From: TPA_inf: Saccharomyces | Lineage: Eukaryota | Assembly (NCBI GenBank): GCA_000146045.2 | Contig: BK006948.2 | Location: forward strand, 608,001-672,000 | Direction: 5' to 3' | Length of the DNA: 64,000 bases | Shown here: positions 36,566-46,209 of the stretch, piece by piece | Layout: each line of letters starts with the position of its first letter | How positions within the stretch are numbered: position 1 is the first letter of the stretch | Made by a program: the position numbers and the translations under genes | The notes under the pieces: model-generated | The model's database searches: none | Told to the model about the DNA's origin: nothing | The model's input: only the letters and a program-made list of their open reading frames with translations

Positions 36566-38896
36566 ATGGCTGATAGACCTGCTATTCAGTTGATAGATGA
36601 AGAGAAGGAATTTCATCAAAGTGCATTACAATATTTTCAACAATGTATTGGAAATCGTGATGTTGGTCTAGATTACCATGTCATCTCAGTTTTCGGTTCT
36701 CAATCGAGTGGTAAATCGACTTTACTTAACGTCTTGTTTAACACCAACTTTGATACCATGGATGCTCAGGTGAAAAGGCAGCAGACTACTAAAGGCATTT
36801 GGTTGGCTCACACTAAACAGGTTAATACAACTATTGAAATCGATAATGATCGTCCAGATATTTTTGTGCTAGATGTTGAGGGCTCCGATGGTTCAGAAAG
36901 AGGTGAAGACCAAGATTTTGAGAGAAAAGCCGCTTTATTTGCCATTGCAGTATCTGAAGTTCTTATAGTTAATATGTGGGAGCAGCAAATTGGGCTATAT
37001 CAAGGTAATAATATGGCTTTATTAAAAACAGTTTTTGAGGTCAACCTTTCCCTATTTGGCAAGAATGATAATGACCACAAGGTGCTGTTACTTTTTGTAA
37101 TTAGAGATCATGTAGGTGTGACTCCACTCTCGAGTTTGAGTGATTCCGTTACGAGAGAATTGGAAAAAATATGGACAGAGTTAAGTAAACCTGCTGGTTG
37201 TGAGGGTTCTAGCCTGTATGATTATTTCGATTTAAAGTTTGTCGGGCTAGCTCATAAGTTGTTGCAAGAAGACAAATTTACCCAGGATGTCAAGAAATTA
37301 GGTGATTCGTTTGTGATGAAAGGTACGGAAAACTATTATTTCAAACCTCAATATCACCATAGGTTGCCATTAGATGGTTGGACTATGTACGCAGAAAATT
37401 GTTGGGATCAAATTGAACGTAACAAGGATTTAGATCTTCCAACTCAGCAAATTCTGGTTGCTAGATTTAAAACTGAAGAAATATCTAATGAAGCTCTAGA
37501 AGAGTTCATTTCAAAATATGATGAATCGATTGCTCCTTTAAAGGGTAACTTGGGATCTTTAACATCTCAGCTAGTGAAGCTAAAAGAAGAATGTCTGACA
37601 AAATATGATGAACAAGCATCGCGCTATGCAAGAAACGTTTATATGGAGAAACGAGAAGCTTTAAATACAAAGCTGAATTCACATATTTCAGGTACAATTA
37701 ATGAGTTCTTGGAATCATTAATGGAAAAGTTATGGGACGATTTAAAATTGGAGGTGTCTTCTAGAGACAAAGCTACTACCTCTTTTGTAGAAAGTGTGGC
37801 GGCAGGTAAGAGTAAGATTGAGAAAGAATTTAACGAATCAATGGAGACCTTCAAAAAGTTAGGGCTACTAATATCAAACGAAGAGATTACCTGCAAATTT
37901 TCCGACGATATTGAAGAAAGAATCAAGCAACTACGTGATGCTGAATTGAAAGCAAAAATCGGTCGTATTAAAAAAAATCTGGTTCCCGAATTAAAGGATC
38001 ATGTGATTCATTTACTATCACATCCATCCAAAAAGGTTTGGGATGATATAATGAACGATTTTGAATCTACTATCAAAGACAATATATCTGCGTATCAAGT
38101 GGAAAAAGATAAATATGATTTTAAAATTGGACTTTCAGAGAGCGAAAACGCGAAGATTTACAAAAATATTAGAATATTGGCGTGGAGAACCTTGGATACC
38201 ACAGTACATGACTACCTGAAAATAGATACGATTGTTAGTATATTGAGAGACAGGTTTGAAGATGTATTCAGATATGATGCTGAAGGTTCTCCAAGATTGT
38301 GGAAAACAGAAGAAGAGATTGATGGGGCATTCCGTGTTGCAAAAGAACATGCCCTGGAAGTTTTTGAGGTTCTTTCACTTGCTGTAACCTCAGATAACGT
38401 TGAAATTATTCCTGATGTACCAATGGCTGAAGAGGAAAGCGGCGAGGACAACGAAATATATCGGGACAACGAAGGTGTGTTTCATTCCCGTCGTTTCGCA
38501 CACATCTTGACTGAATTGCAAAAGGAGAATGTTTTAGATCAATTCCGCAGGCAGATTAACATTACTGTTCTGGATTCGAAAAGGTCTATCATCACTACTA
38601 GAACGCATATTCCACCTTGGATTTACGTTTTGCTAGCCGTATTAGGGTGGAACGAATTCGTGGCTGTCATAAGAAACCCCTTATTTGTAACCCTTACCTT
38701 GATCTTAGGTGCAACCTTTTTTGTTATTCATAAGTTCGGCCTCTGGGGCCCTGTTGTTAATGTTGTTCAAAGTGCAGTTGGTGAAACAAGAACTGCAATA
38801 AAGGATAAACTAAGGCAATTTGTCGTTGAAGATCATGAAGTGAAGGAATCTTTTGAAATGAAAGATTTCTCAAAAAACGAGCAAAAAGAAAAATGA
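36566..38896 (+). CDS. SEY1: Dynamin-like ER-fusion GTPase, atlastin/RHD3 orthologue (776 aa)
   Basis: 776-aa ORF with ATG at 36566. GTPase P-loop GSQSSGKSTLLN near the N-terminus, long helical middle, two C-terminal TM segments. Confidence 0.9.
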   Translation: MADRPAIQLIDEEKEFHQSALQYFQQCIGNRDVGLDYHVISVFGSQSSGKSTLLNVLFNTNFDTMDAQVKRQQTTKGIWLAHTKQVNTTIEIDNDRPDIFVLDVEGSDGSERGEDQDFERKAALFAIAVSEVLIVNMWEQQIGLYQGNNMALLKTVFEVNLSLFGKNDNDHKVLLLFVIRDHVGVTPLSSLSDSVTRELEKIWTELSKPAGCEGSSLYDYFDLKFVGLAHKLLQEDKFTQDVKKLGDSFVMKGTENYYFKPQYHHRLPLDGWTMYAENCWDQIERNKDLDLPTQQILVARFKTEEISNEALEEFISKYDESIAPLKGNLGSLTSQLVKLKEECLTKYDEQASRYARNVYMEKREALNTKLNSHISGTINEFLESLMEKLWDDLKLEVSSRDKATTSFVESVAAGKSKIEKEFNESMETFKKLGLLISNEEITCKFSDDIEERIKQLRDAELKAKIGRIKKNLVPELKDHVIHLLSHPSKKVWDDIMNDFESTIKDNISAYQVEKDKYDFKIGLSESENAKIYKNIRILAWRTLDTTVHDYLKIDTIVSILRDRFEDVFRYDAEGSPRLWKTEEEIDGAFRVAKEHALEVFEVLSLAVTSDNVEIIPDVPMAEEESGEDNEIYRDNEGVFHSRRFAHILTELQKENVLDQFRRQINITVLDSKRSIITTRTHIPPWIYVLLAVLGWNEFVAVIRNPLFVTLTLILGATFFVIHKFGLWGPVVNVVQSAVGETRTAIKDKLRQFVVEDHEVKESFEMKDFSKNEQKEK

Positions 38897-39125
38897 TATG
38901 AAAATATTTTTTGATCGAATAATTTATTTCAATTTACCGTGTTTACTTTTTTGTTATTATAGTTATTATTATAATTACTGTTCTCCTAACGTGTCTGTGT
39001 GTTTGTATATAACTATAGGGAACTATTTATATGACATTAAAAATATATGCAAATGCATATCGCAAGCTTATGAGTTGTGTGAGTGGCTTCAATAAATCTG
39101 ATAGATTTACACTAAGCAAAACATT

Positions 39126-40502
39126 TCAGGTTGATATAGCATTGATAGATGTTTTCCATTCATGAATCTGTTTCTCTAAAGATTGTTTCTCCTCATTTGT
39201 GAATTTGCTGAATAAAAAATGCAATACAGTCTCCCAAAATTGTTCAAATGTTCTTAAGTCATTCAGATTTGTCGGTTTTGATTTCAAAACTGTTGGTAAG
39301 CTCTTCCACTCATTCTTCTTTATCTTTGAACAAGTGAAAAGTTCCGAAAATACAGACACCCAAAACAAATAAATGTAATTCGAAGCGTTTTCTATGGTAG
39401 TTAATTTATCTGGGTTGTAATCTATGAATCCAATATCTTCACCATATTCCTTTCTTAAAGTGTGGTCAATAGCAAAGAAAATAGTTTCTTTTACTTGCTC
39501 AAACACATTTTGTGAGACTTTATCGAATTGCAAAGGGGGCGTTTCTATTCCAGGAATATGAGCATATGATGTGACATTCTGATCGAAATTATTTACTGTA
39601 GAGTCACGCAGATTAGCAAATCTCAGTTGGTTTTCTTCATATGCTCTCATTGCAATTATTTTCGCATCCATGTTCTTCCTAAATGAAACAGTTAATATAT
39701 CTTCAGTTAATGCCTTTGTACAAAGATTCTTATCATTCGAAAGCAAAATAACAAAACAATTTAAAATCTCTTTGAAGTACAAGCAACAGTCCAATATCGA
39801 GTCATCCTTTAAACTGCCTGGATTCAAGCTTTGTTTCAATTTTTGACCTATTAAACCGGAATCTAAATTGGCTAGATTCTTATAAATCCAGTCGTTCCCC
39901 CATCTGGCCAATGTGCCTATTGTCCTATCATGTTCCTGATTAGTTGTATCGTCATTGTCCCTAGCAATATCAGGGCTCTTTTTTAGTCCGTCCAGTTCTT
40001 GGATTACGGTGGTTGGTACAATAATCAAATGATGATAAGTGCTGGACAGTGATCTCAATTTTTCTAAAGTGTTTAGATGCGAAATAATAAAGTTGGTGTC
40101 GACTACAAAGGCAGTTTTCAAAGTAGGTGGATTTAACAGCGGTAAATCGTCATTGATTTTTGGCATATAATTAGCGACAGATTGTGCTTCCATCTCCCTC
40201 TGGCTAGAAAGATATTCAGAAATCATTTCAACGTCGCTTTCATCATTCAAGTCACACATCGGAATATCGCCTTCTTCGTCGTGATTTATACAGCCATTAC
40301 TATCGCCTGATTGGCCTCTATTTTCATGTGAAGATGTGGATGCTATGATGTTGTCGATGTCTTGTACCGTATATTTACCGTGTGGTCTTAAGCTAGCGAT
40401 ATCTTTAATCGATTCGGAGATTTTGTGAGATACCGAACCATTGAAAGTTTCTGATCTTATATGGTTGTTACCTTTTGGAAAAGCTCGTTTCTCATCGGTC
40501 AT
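39126..40502 (-). CDS. SWT1: PIN-domain endoribonuclease for nuclear mRNP surveillance (458 aa)
   Basis: 458-aa ORF with ATG at 40500-40502. Matches YOR166C in length and position. Confidence 0.7.
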   Translation of the reverse strand: MTDEKRAFPKGNNHIRSETFNGSVSHKISESIKDIASLRPHGKYTVQDIDNIIASTSSHENRGQSGDSNGCINHDEEGDIPMCDLNDESDVEMISEYLSSQREMEAQSVANYMPKINDDLPLLNPPTLKTAFVVDTNFIISHLNTLEKLRSLSSTYHHLIIVPTTVIQELDGLKKSPDIARDNDDTTNQEHDRTIGTLARWGNDWIYKNLANLDSGLIGQKLKQSLNPGSLKDDSILDCCLYFKEILNCFVILLSNDKNLCTKALTEDILTVSFRKNMDAKIIAMRAYEENQLRFANLRDSTVNNFDQNVTSYAHIPGIETPPLQFDKVSQNVFEQVKETIFFAIDHTLRKEYGEDIGFIDYNPDKLTTIENASNYIYLFWVSVFSELFTCSKIKKNEWKSLPTVLKSKPTNLNDLRTFEQFWETVLHFLFSKFTNEEKQSLEKQIHEWKTSINAIST

Positions 40503-40803
40503 GGATTTGGTAAGCAGCTGGAGCCACTAATGTTAGGCCTACGTATATAAAATTCTTGTCTACCATAGAAGGCCCATAACAACTAACGCGGAAGAACTCA
40601 ATATACCCAAAAAGTATATCAATGCGGGTATGGTTTTTCGCACCTAAATAATTAGTGAATATATCACGAGTTACAATAGAGTTATTAGTATTATTGTATT
40701 ATAGTGATGTACTATTTAAAGAAGACATATATAAGAAACAAAAGGCACAAATATATAAGATAGATTTTGTATAGCTGCAACCTTCAATCTGCAAATAAGC
40801 TTC

Positions 40804-41007
40804 CTAACGCAAACGACGAGCTTCACGTTCAGATTCCATTAGAACCAAAATGTCGTTTTCTCTAACTGGGCCCTTCACGTTTCTGACAATAGTTCTGGAA
40901 GTGTCTTCCAAGAATTCGACACGGACTTGGGTGACACCACCACGAGAACCGGTTCTTCCTAAAACTTTGATGACCTTGGCTAAAGTGACTGGGGTTTTGT
41001 TATCCAT
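40804..41007 (-). CDS. RPS28A: 40S ribosomal protein S28 (67 aa from the first ATG)
   Basis: The track ORF (83 aa) has a non-ATG start; the first ATG is at 41005-41007, giving [38 protein letters not shown]..., the canonical eS28. No intron. Confidence 0.9.
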
Positions 41008-41158
41008 GATTGCTAGCTTGGTTTTCTGCTTTTGAGAAGAATCGAAAACGAACACAACTGTAATTTACAATAAATCATCTATTAGACTGAAATTTCATTT
41101 TCTTTATTCCAAGTAGTTCAACGACCAAGAAAAAAAAAATTTATCAAAAAAGTGCGTG

Positions 41159-41171
41159 GTCACTCTAGACG
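41159..41171 (+). promoter_or_regulatory. Abf1-type site GTCACTCTAGACG (RTCRYN5ACG) in the RPS28A/GLN4 divergent promoter
   Basis: Exact match to the Abf1 consensus RTCRYNNNNNACG, about 150 bp upstream of the RPS28A ATG. Ribosomal protein promoters that lack Rap1 sites commonly use Abf1. A T-rich tract follows. Confidence 0.5.
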
Positions 41172-41302
41172 GCCGCGTCTGTACAAATGAAAAATTTGAC
41201 ATCGCAGGGTATAAAGATTGGGATTGATATGCTTAAAAGGGATTTGATGCTTGTTTTAATGAGAAAAAAATATCAGGAGTATAATAACGTCAATATATTA
41301 AA

Positions 41303-43732
41303 ATGTCTTCTGTAGAAGAATTGACTCAGCTGTTTTCACAGGTTGGGTTTGAAGATAAAAAGGTGAAGGAGATTGTCAAGAATAAAAAGGTTTCTGATTC
41401 ACTTTACAAATTGATTAAGGAGACTCCTTCGGACTATCAATGGAACAAATCTACTAGAGCGCTAGTACACAACCTGGCATCTTTTGTCAAAGGTACAGAT
41501 CTACCCAAGTCTGAATTAATTGTTAACGGCATCATTAATGGTGATTTGAAGACATCTCTGCAAGTCGATGCCGCATTTAAATATGTAAAGGCTAATGGCG
41601 AGGCATCCACCAAAATGGGTATGAATGAAAACTCTGGTGTTGGTATTGAGATTACAGAGGATCAGGTTAGAAATTACGTCATGCAGTACATTCAAGAAAA
41701 CAAGGAAAGAATTTTAACTGAACGCTATAAACTGGTGCCAGGTATTTTTGCCGATGTTAAAAACTTAAAGGAGCTGAAGTGGGCCGATCCACGTAGTTTC
41801 AAGCCAATTATCGACCAAGAAGTCTTAAAACTTTTGGGTCCAAAGGATGAGAGAGACTTAATCAAGAAGAAGACCAAGAATAATGAAAAGAAGAAAACCA
41901 ATTCTGCCAAGAAGAGTTCTGATAATTCTGCATCATCCGGTCCAAAGAGGACTATGTTCAATGAAGGTTTCCTAGGTGATTTGCATAAAGTGGGTGAAAA
42001 CCCACAAGCTTACCCAGAATTAATGAAGGAACACCTTGAGGTTACTGGTGGCAAAGTTCGTACAAGGTTCCCTCCGGAGCCCAATGGATATTTGCATATT
42101 GGTCATTCTAAAGCTATTATGGTTAATTTTGGCTATGCTAAATATCACAATGGTACCTGTTATTTAAGATTTGACGATACCAACCCCGAAAAGGAAGCTC
42201 CTGAATATTTTGAATCCATTAAGAGAATGGTTTCTTGGTTAGGTTTTAAACCATGGAAAATTACTTACTCAAGTGATTATTTTGACGAGCTTTATCGCCT
42301 CGCTGAAGTGTTGATCAAAAACGGCAAAGCTTACGTTTGTCATTGTACCGCCGAAGAAATTAAAAGAGGTCGTGGTATTAAAGAAGACGGTACTCCAGGT
42401 GGGGAGAGATATGCTTGTAAGCATCGTGATCAGTCGATAGAACAAAACCTGCAAGAATTCAGAGATATGAGAGATGGCAAGTACAAACCTGGTGAAGCTA
42501 TCTTAAGAATGAAACAGGATCTAAATTCACCAAGCCCACAAATGTGGGACTTGATTGCGTATAGAGTTTTAAATGCTCCACATCCAAGAACGGGAACAAA
42601 ATGGAGAATTTATCCTACTTACGATTTTACACATTGTTTGGTCGATTCAATGGAAAATATTACACATTCTTTATGTACTACTGAATTCTACCTATCTAGA
42701 GAAAGCTATGAATGGTTATGTGATCAGGTTCATGTGTTCAGACCCGCTCAAAGAGAATATGGTCGTTTGAATATCACCGGTACAGTTTTATCCAAAAGAA
42801 AAATTGCGCAATTGGTGGATGAAAAATTCGTTAGAGGCTGGGACGATCCTAGACTATTCACGCTTGAAGCTATACGCAGACGTGGTGTTCCTCCTGGTGC
42901 CATTTTATCCTTTATCAACACATTAGGTGTTACCACAAGTACCACAAACATTCAAGTTGTGAGGTTTGAGAGCGCTGTTAGAAAGTACCTAGAAGATACC
43001 ACACCGAGATTAATGTTTGTGTTGGATCCTGTTGAAGTTGTTGTCGATAATTTATCTGACGATTATGAAGAATTGGCAACTATTCCTTACAGACCTGGTA
43101 CTCCAGAATTTGGTGAAAGAACTGTACCATTTACAAACAAATTCTACATTGAAAGGTCAGATTTCTCAGAAAACGTTGATGATAAGGAATTTTTCAGATT
43201 AACACCAAACCAACCAGTTGGTTTAATTAAAGTCTCACACACAGTTTCTTTCAAAAGTTTGGAAAAAGATGAAGCTGGTAAAATTATAAGAATTCATGTC
43301 AACTATGATAACAAGGTTGAAGAAGGTTCGAAACCAAAGAAACCAAAAACTTATATTCAATGGGTTCCTATCTCTTCAAAATATAATTCTCCATTGAGAG
43401 TTACTGAAACTAGGGTTTACAACCAATTGTTCAAATCTGAAAATCCATCTTCTCATCCTGAAGGCTTCTTGAAGGACATCAACCCAGAAAGTGAAGTCGT
43501 TTATAAAGAATCTGTCATGGAACATAACTTCGGGGACGTTGTCAAGAACAGTCCATGGGTCGTTGATTCTGTTAAAAACTCGGAATTTTATGTTGAAGAA
43601 GATAAGGATTCCAAAGAAGTGTGTAGATTCCAAGCTATGAGAGTAGGTTATTTCACTCTGGATAAAGAGAGTACGACTTCTAAGGTTATTTTGAATAGAA
43701 TAGTTAGCTTGAAGGACGCAACTTCCAAGTGA
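41303..43732 (+). CDS. GLN4: Glutaminyl-tRNA synthetase, class I (809 aa)
   Basis: 809-aa ORF with ATG at 41303. HIGH motif PEPNGYLHIGH and a KMSKS-like VLSKR. N-terminal appended domain typical of eukaryotic GlnRS. Confidence 0.92.
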   Translation: MSSVEELTQLFSQVGFEDKKVKEIVKNKKVSDSLYKLIKETPSDYQWNKSTRALVHNLASFVKGTDLPKSELIVNGIINGDLKTSLQVDAAFKYVKANGEASTKMGMNENSGVGIEITEDQVRNYVMQYIQENKERILTERYKLVPGIFADVKNLKELKWADPRSFKPIIDQEVLKLLGPKDERDLIKKKTKNNEKKKTNSAKKSSDNSASSGPKRTMFNEGFLGDLHKVGENPQAYPELMKEHLEVTGGKVRTRFPPEPNGYLHIGHSKAIMVNFGYAKYHNGTCYLRFDDTNPEKEAPEYFESIKRMVSWLGFKPWKITYSSDYFDELYRLAEVLIKNGKAYVCHCTAEEIKRGRGIKEDGTPGGERYACKHRDQSIEQNLQEFRDMRDGKYKPGEAILRMKQDLNSPSPQMWDLIAYRVLNAPHPRTGTKWRIYPTYDFTHCLVDSMENITHSLCTTEFYLSRESYEWLCDQVHVFRPAQREYGRLNITGTVLSKRKIAQLVDEKFVRGWDDPRLFTLEAIRRRGVPPGAILSFINTLGVTTSTTNIQVVRFESAVRKYLEDTTPRLMFVLDPVEVVVDNLSDDYEELATIPYRPGTPEFGERTVPFTNKFYIERSDFSENVDDKEFFRLTPNQPVGLIKVSHTVSFKSLEKDEAGKIIRIHVNYDNKVEEGSKPKKPKTYIQWVPISSKYNSPLRVTETRVYNQLFKSENPSSHPEGFLKDINPESEVVYKESVMEHNFGDVVKNSPWVVDSVKNSEFYVEEDKDSKEVCRFQAMRVGYFTLDKESTTSKVILNRIVSLKDATSK

Positions 43733-44009
43733 ATGATTTAATGTGCATATATGTATATATTTATATATATATCCTATTGGTTGAAAATGATGTAATAGTG
43801 TAAATTTTTTAATTATATTAGATAATAAAGACCAACTCATAATATTGTTACGTATTAATGATATATAACTGGGGATGTATAATTATAATGAAAACAAAAA
43901 TGGAATATAAACCATACTCCGATGATAGAAACATTATATCGCCTTTTCTTTTCGATGTAGTATTTCTTTTTACAAAAAAATCATTTTTGAAGGAAAATAT
44001 AACGTTAAT

Positions 44010-45884
44010 CTACATGGATTCAAACTCTGTATCGATATATCTACCATTCCTTAGCAACGTCTTGCATAACATGGGCATTATTTCCACTTGCAAGGGTTCC
44101 AAAGGAAACTTTTCACCATCCACTGAAAATAAACCTGACTCCACTTTTGGTATAATCTTATAAGCCAATATTTTTGAGTGAATAACTTCTGGCTCTAATA
44201 CATGAGAACCTTTATCCAAGGATAATAAAATTGGTGTCATTCTTGTCACTGGGATTCTTGCATCCGTTATGACTAAATCAATGGTACCATCCGCTGGTAA
44301 AGCAGCGGGAAAAAATTTGGTGTCCTTAGCAATATACGGCATTTTCCCTGTGTAAAAGATTGTTAAGTTATCAGTTAGCTCTGAATCCATTTTCTCCCAG
44401 TCTCTAGGTACTGGTTCCGTCATCGGATACTTTAATTTAAAGTTGTCCTCGTTGAGAAAATTCGGTGAAAGTTCATCTTTTGTACTGTTGTTGATATTGT
44501 TTTTAGATAGTAAATCCGGCGAAGAGTTTGGGCTAGGATTTGGTTCGAAGGTTAAACATCCTTTGTTTTTATCTTTATTTTCTAAGAAATGAACTTTTAA
44601 TTCCTTTTTAGATTTGGCAGCATATTTGACGAAAACTTCGCAGGGATATTTCTTACCTTGGATAATGTTGAATGCTACACCCAAATTAAACCTAACGGGA
44701 CCCATCCATCTGATGAATTCAGTGTTAATATCAGATTCTGCAATAACGCCGTACGTCTGACTCAAAAAGGATAATCTTGGCCATTCGTTCATATAAGAAG
44801 GTTGGGAACAACACATTAAGTCTATTCTTGTTTCAATGGATTTGACAAGGCACAGAGCGGCGTACGATGGGTTATTTGTCCAATGACATGAAATGCTCAT
44901 AGCATTTCCTGAACCGCAAGGTAGCTGAGTTACGGCTAGTTTATTGAACGCATCCACTCTGTCGGGTCTTCTATAAAGCCCATTAATTACTTCGTATGGA
45001 ATACCATCACCCGAGGCACATGCAATGGTATCGTATTTGCTGATATCTAAATCTTTGGCAATATCGATGGCGTGACGGGCATATTTTGTGTATGCAATTT
45101 CTATTTTGCAGCCACTTTCCACTAGTATTGGCCTTGCTTTTGTCAGGAATAAATTTTTAGCAGTACCTTTACCACCGTGGGGATTAATAATGACTAATAT
45201 CGATCTGTTTCTCTTGGAATTTTCATAACTTTTTTCCAGGATTTCTTCCACAGTACCAGAAGAAATGTTCTCCTCTCCGGTATTTGCTCTCGATTTCCTA
45301 GAAACGTGATCTATTAACAAGGTTAATTTTTGTGGTATAACATCATGGCCCTTGGGTACAGCAAAAGTTAACTCAATTAACTGTTGATTATCTTTTATCC
45401 CTAAAGATGGTGAGTTATCCTGTGAATCATCGGGAGACACCTTCACAGTGTTCGTTTTTGTATCCCACTTGTCTTTTTTGGGAAATGACTGTGATTCGCT
45501 TACAGGAGCCTTATCATTGCTCAAACTATGATTCTCAACGTCGTCATTTTCAGACGAAGAACTCAGATTTTCCGTTTGAAAAGGATTCGAAGAAATTTTG
45601 CCATTATTGAAGCCTTTCTGACCGACATTCACATATTTTGCGTTCAAAATTCTGTTGAACGGAATGGTAGTATTAAGAGGCAACAGTTCCAGGGAATCAT
45701 CCTCATCAAAAGAACCTCCATCAGAGCTCAAAGTTCCATCATCCAGACAGGACAAGCAGCTCAACAAGGATAAAGAATCTCCGCTTCTGAGTTGACCATG
45801 CTTATTGAACATATGGTGTGATTGCGATTTGATCAATACACCTTCATCGGTCAAGATAGCCCTAAGTTTTTTCTGCACCACCAT
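44010..45884 (-). CDS. LCB4: Sphingoid long-chain base kinase with a DAG-kinase-like catalytic domain (624 aa)
   Basis: 624-aa ORF with ATG at 45882-45884. Motifs of the DAGK catalytic domain ([28 protein letters not shown]). Confidence 0.85.
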
Positions 45885-46209
45885 TATCTATAGTAGATTC
45901 TTCGCGTACTTTTCGCTGCTAGACTTTTGTGTTCTTGATAACCTCCAGGATCAGTACGTTAGACAAGGGAAAGTATCAGATGGGTTAAACACGAATTTTC
46001 ACCTTCTTGTATGCCTTTCTTCCGTTAAATCATCTTTTTGCTTCAAGACCCTTGCAGCACGTTTTTTTCAGGCTCGGCAGTAGGGTGACACCCATGGTTT
46101 ACAAGGCGATAAAATGACAAATGCCAGGTGGTATTGTAATAATAACGGCAAGAGTATAGAAAGTCAGAGGGGAAAGCACATTGAATGGTCCTGGTAAAGG
46201 GAGTTGTTA

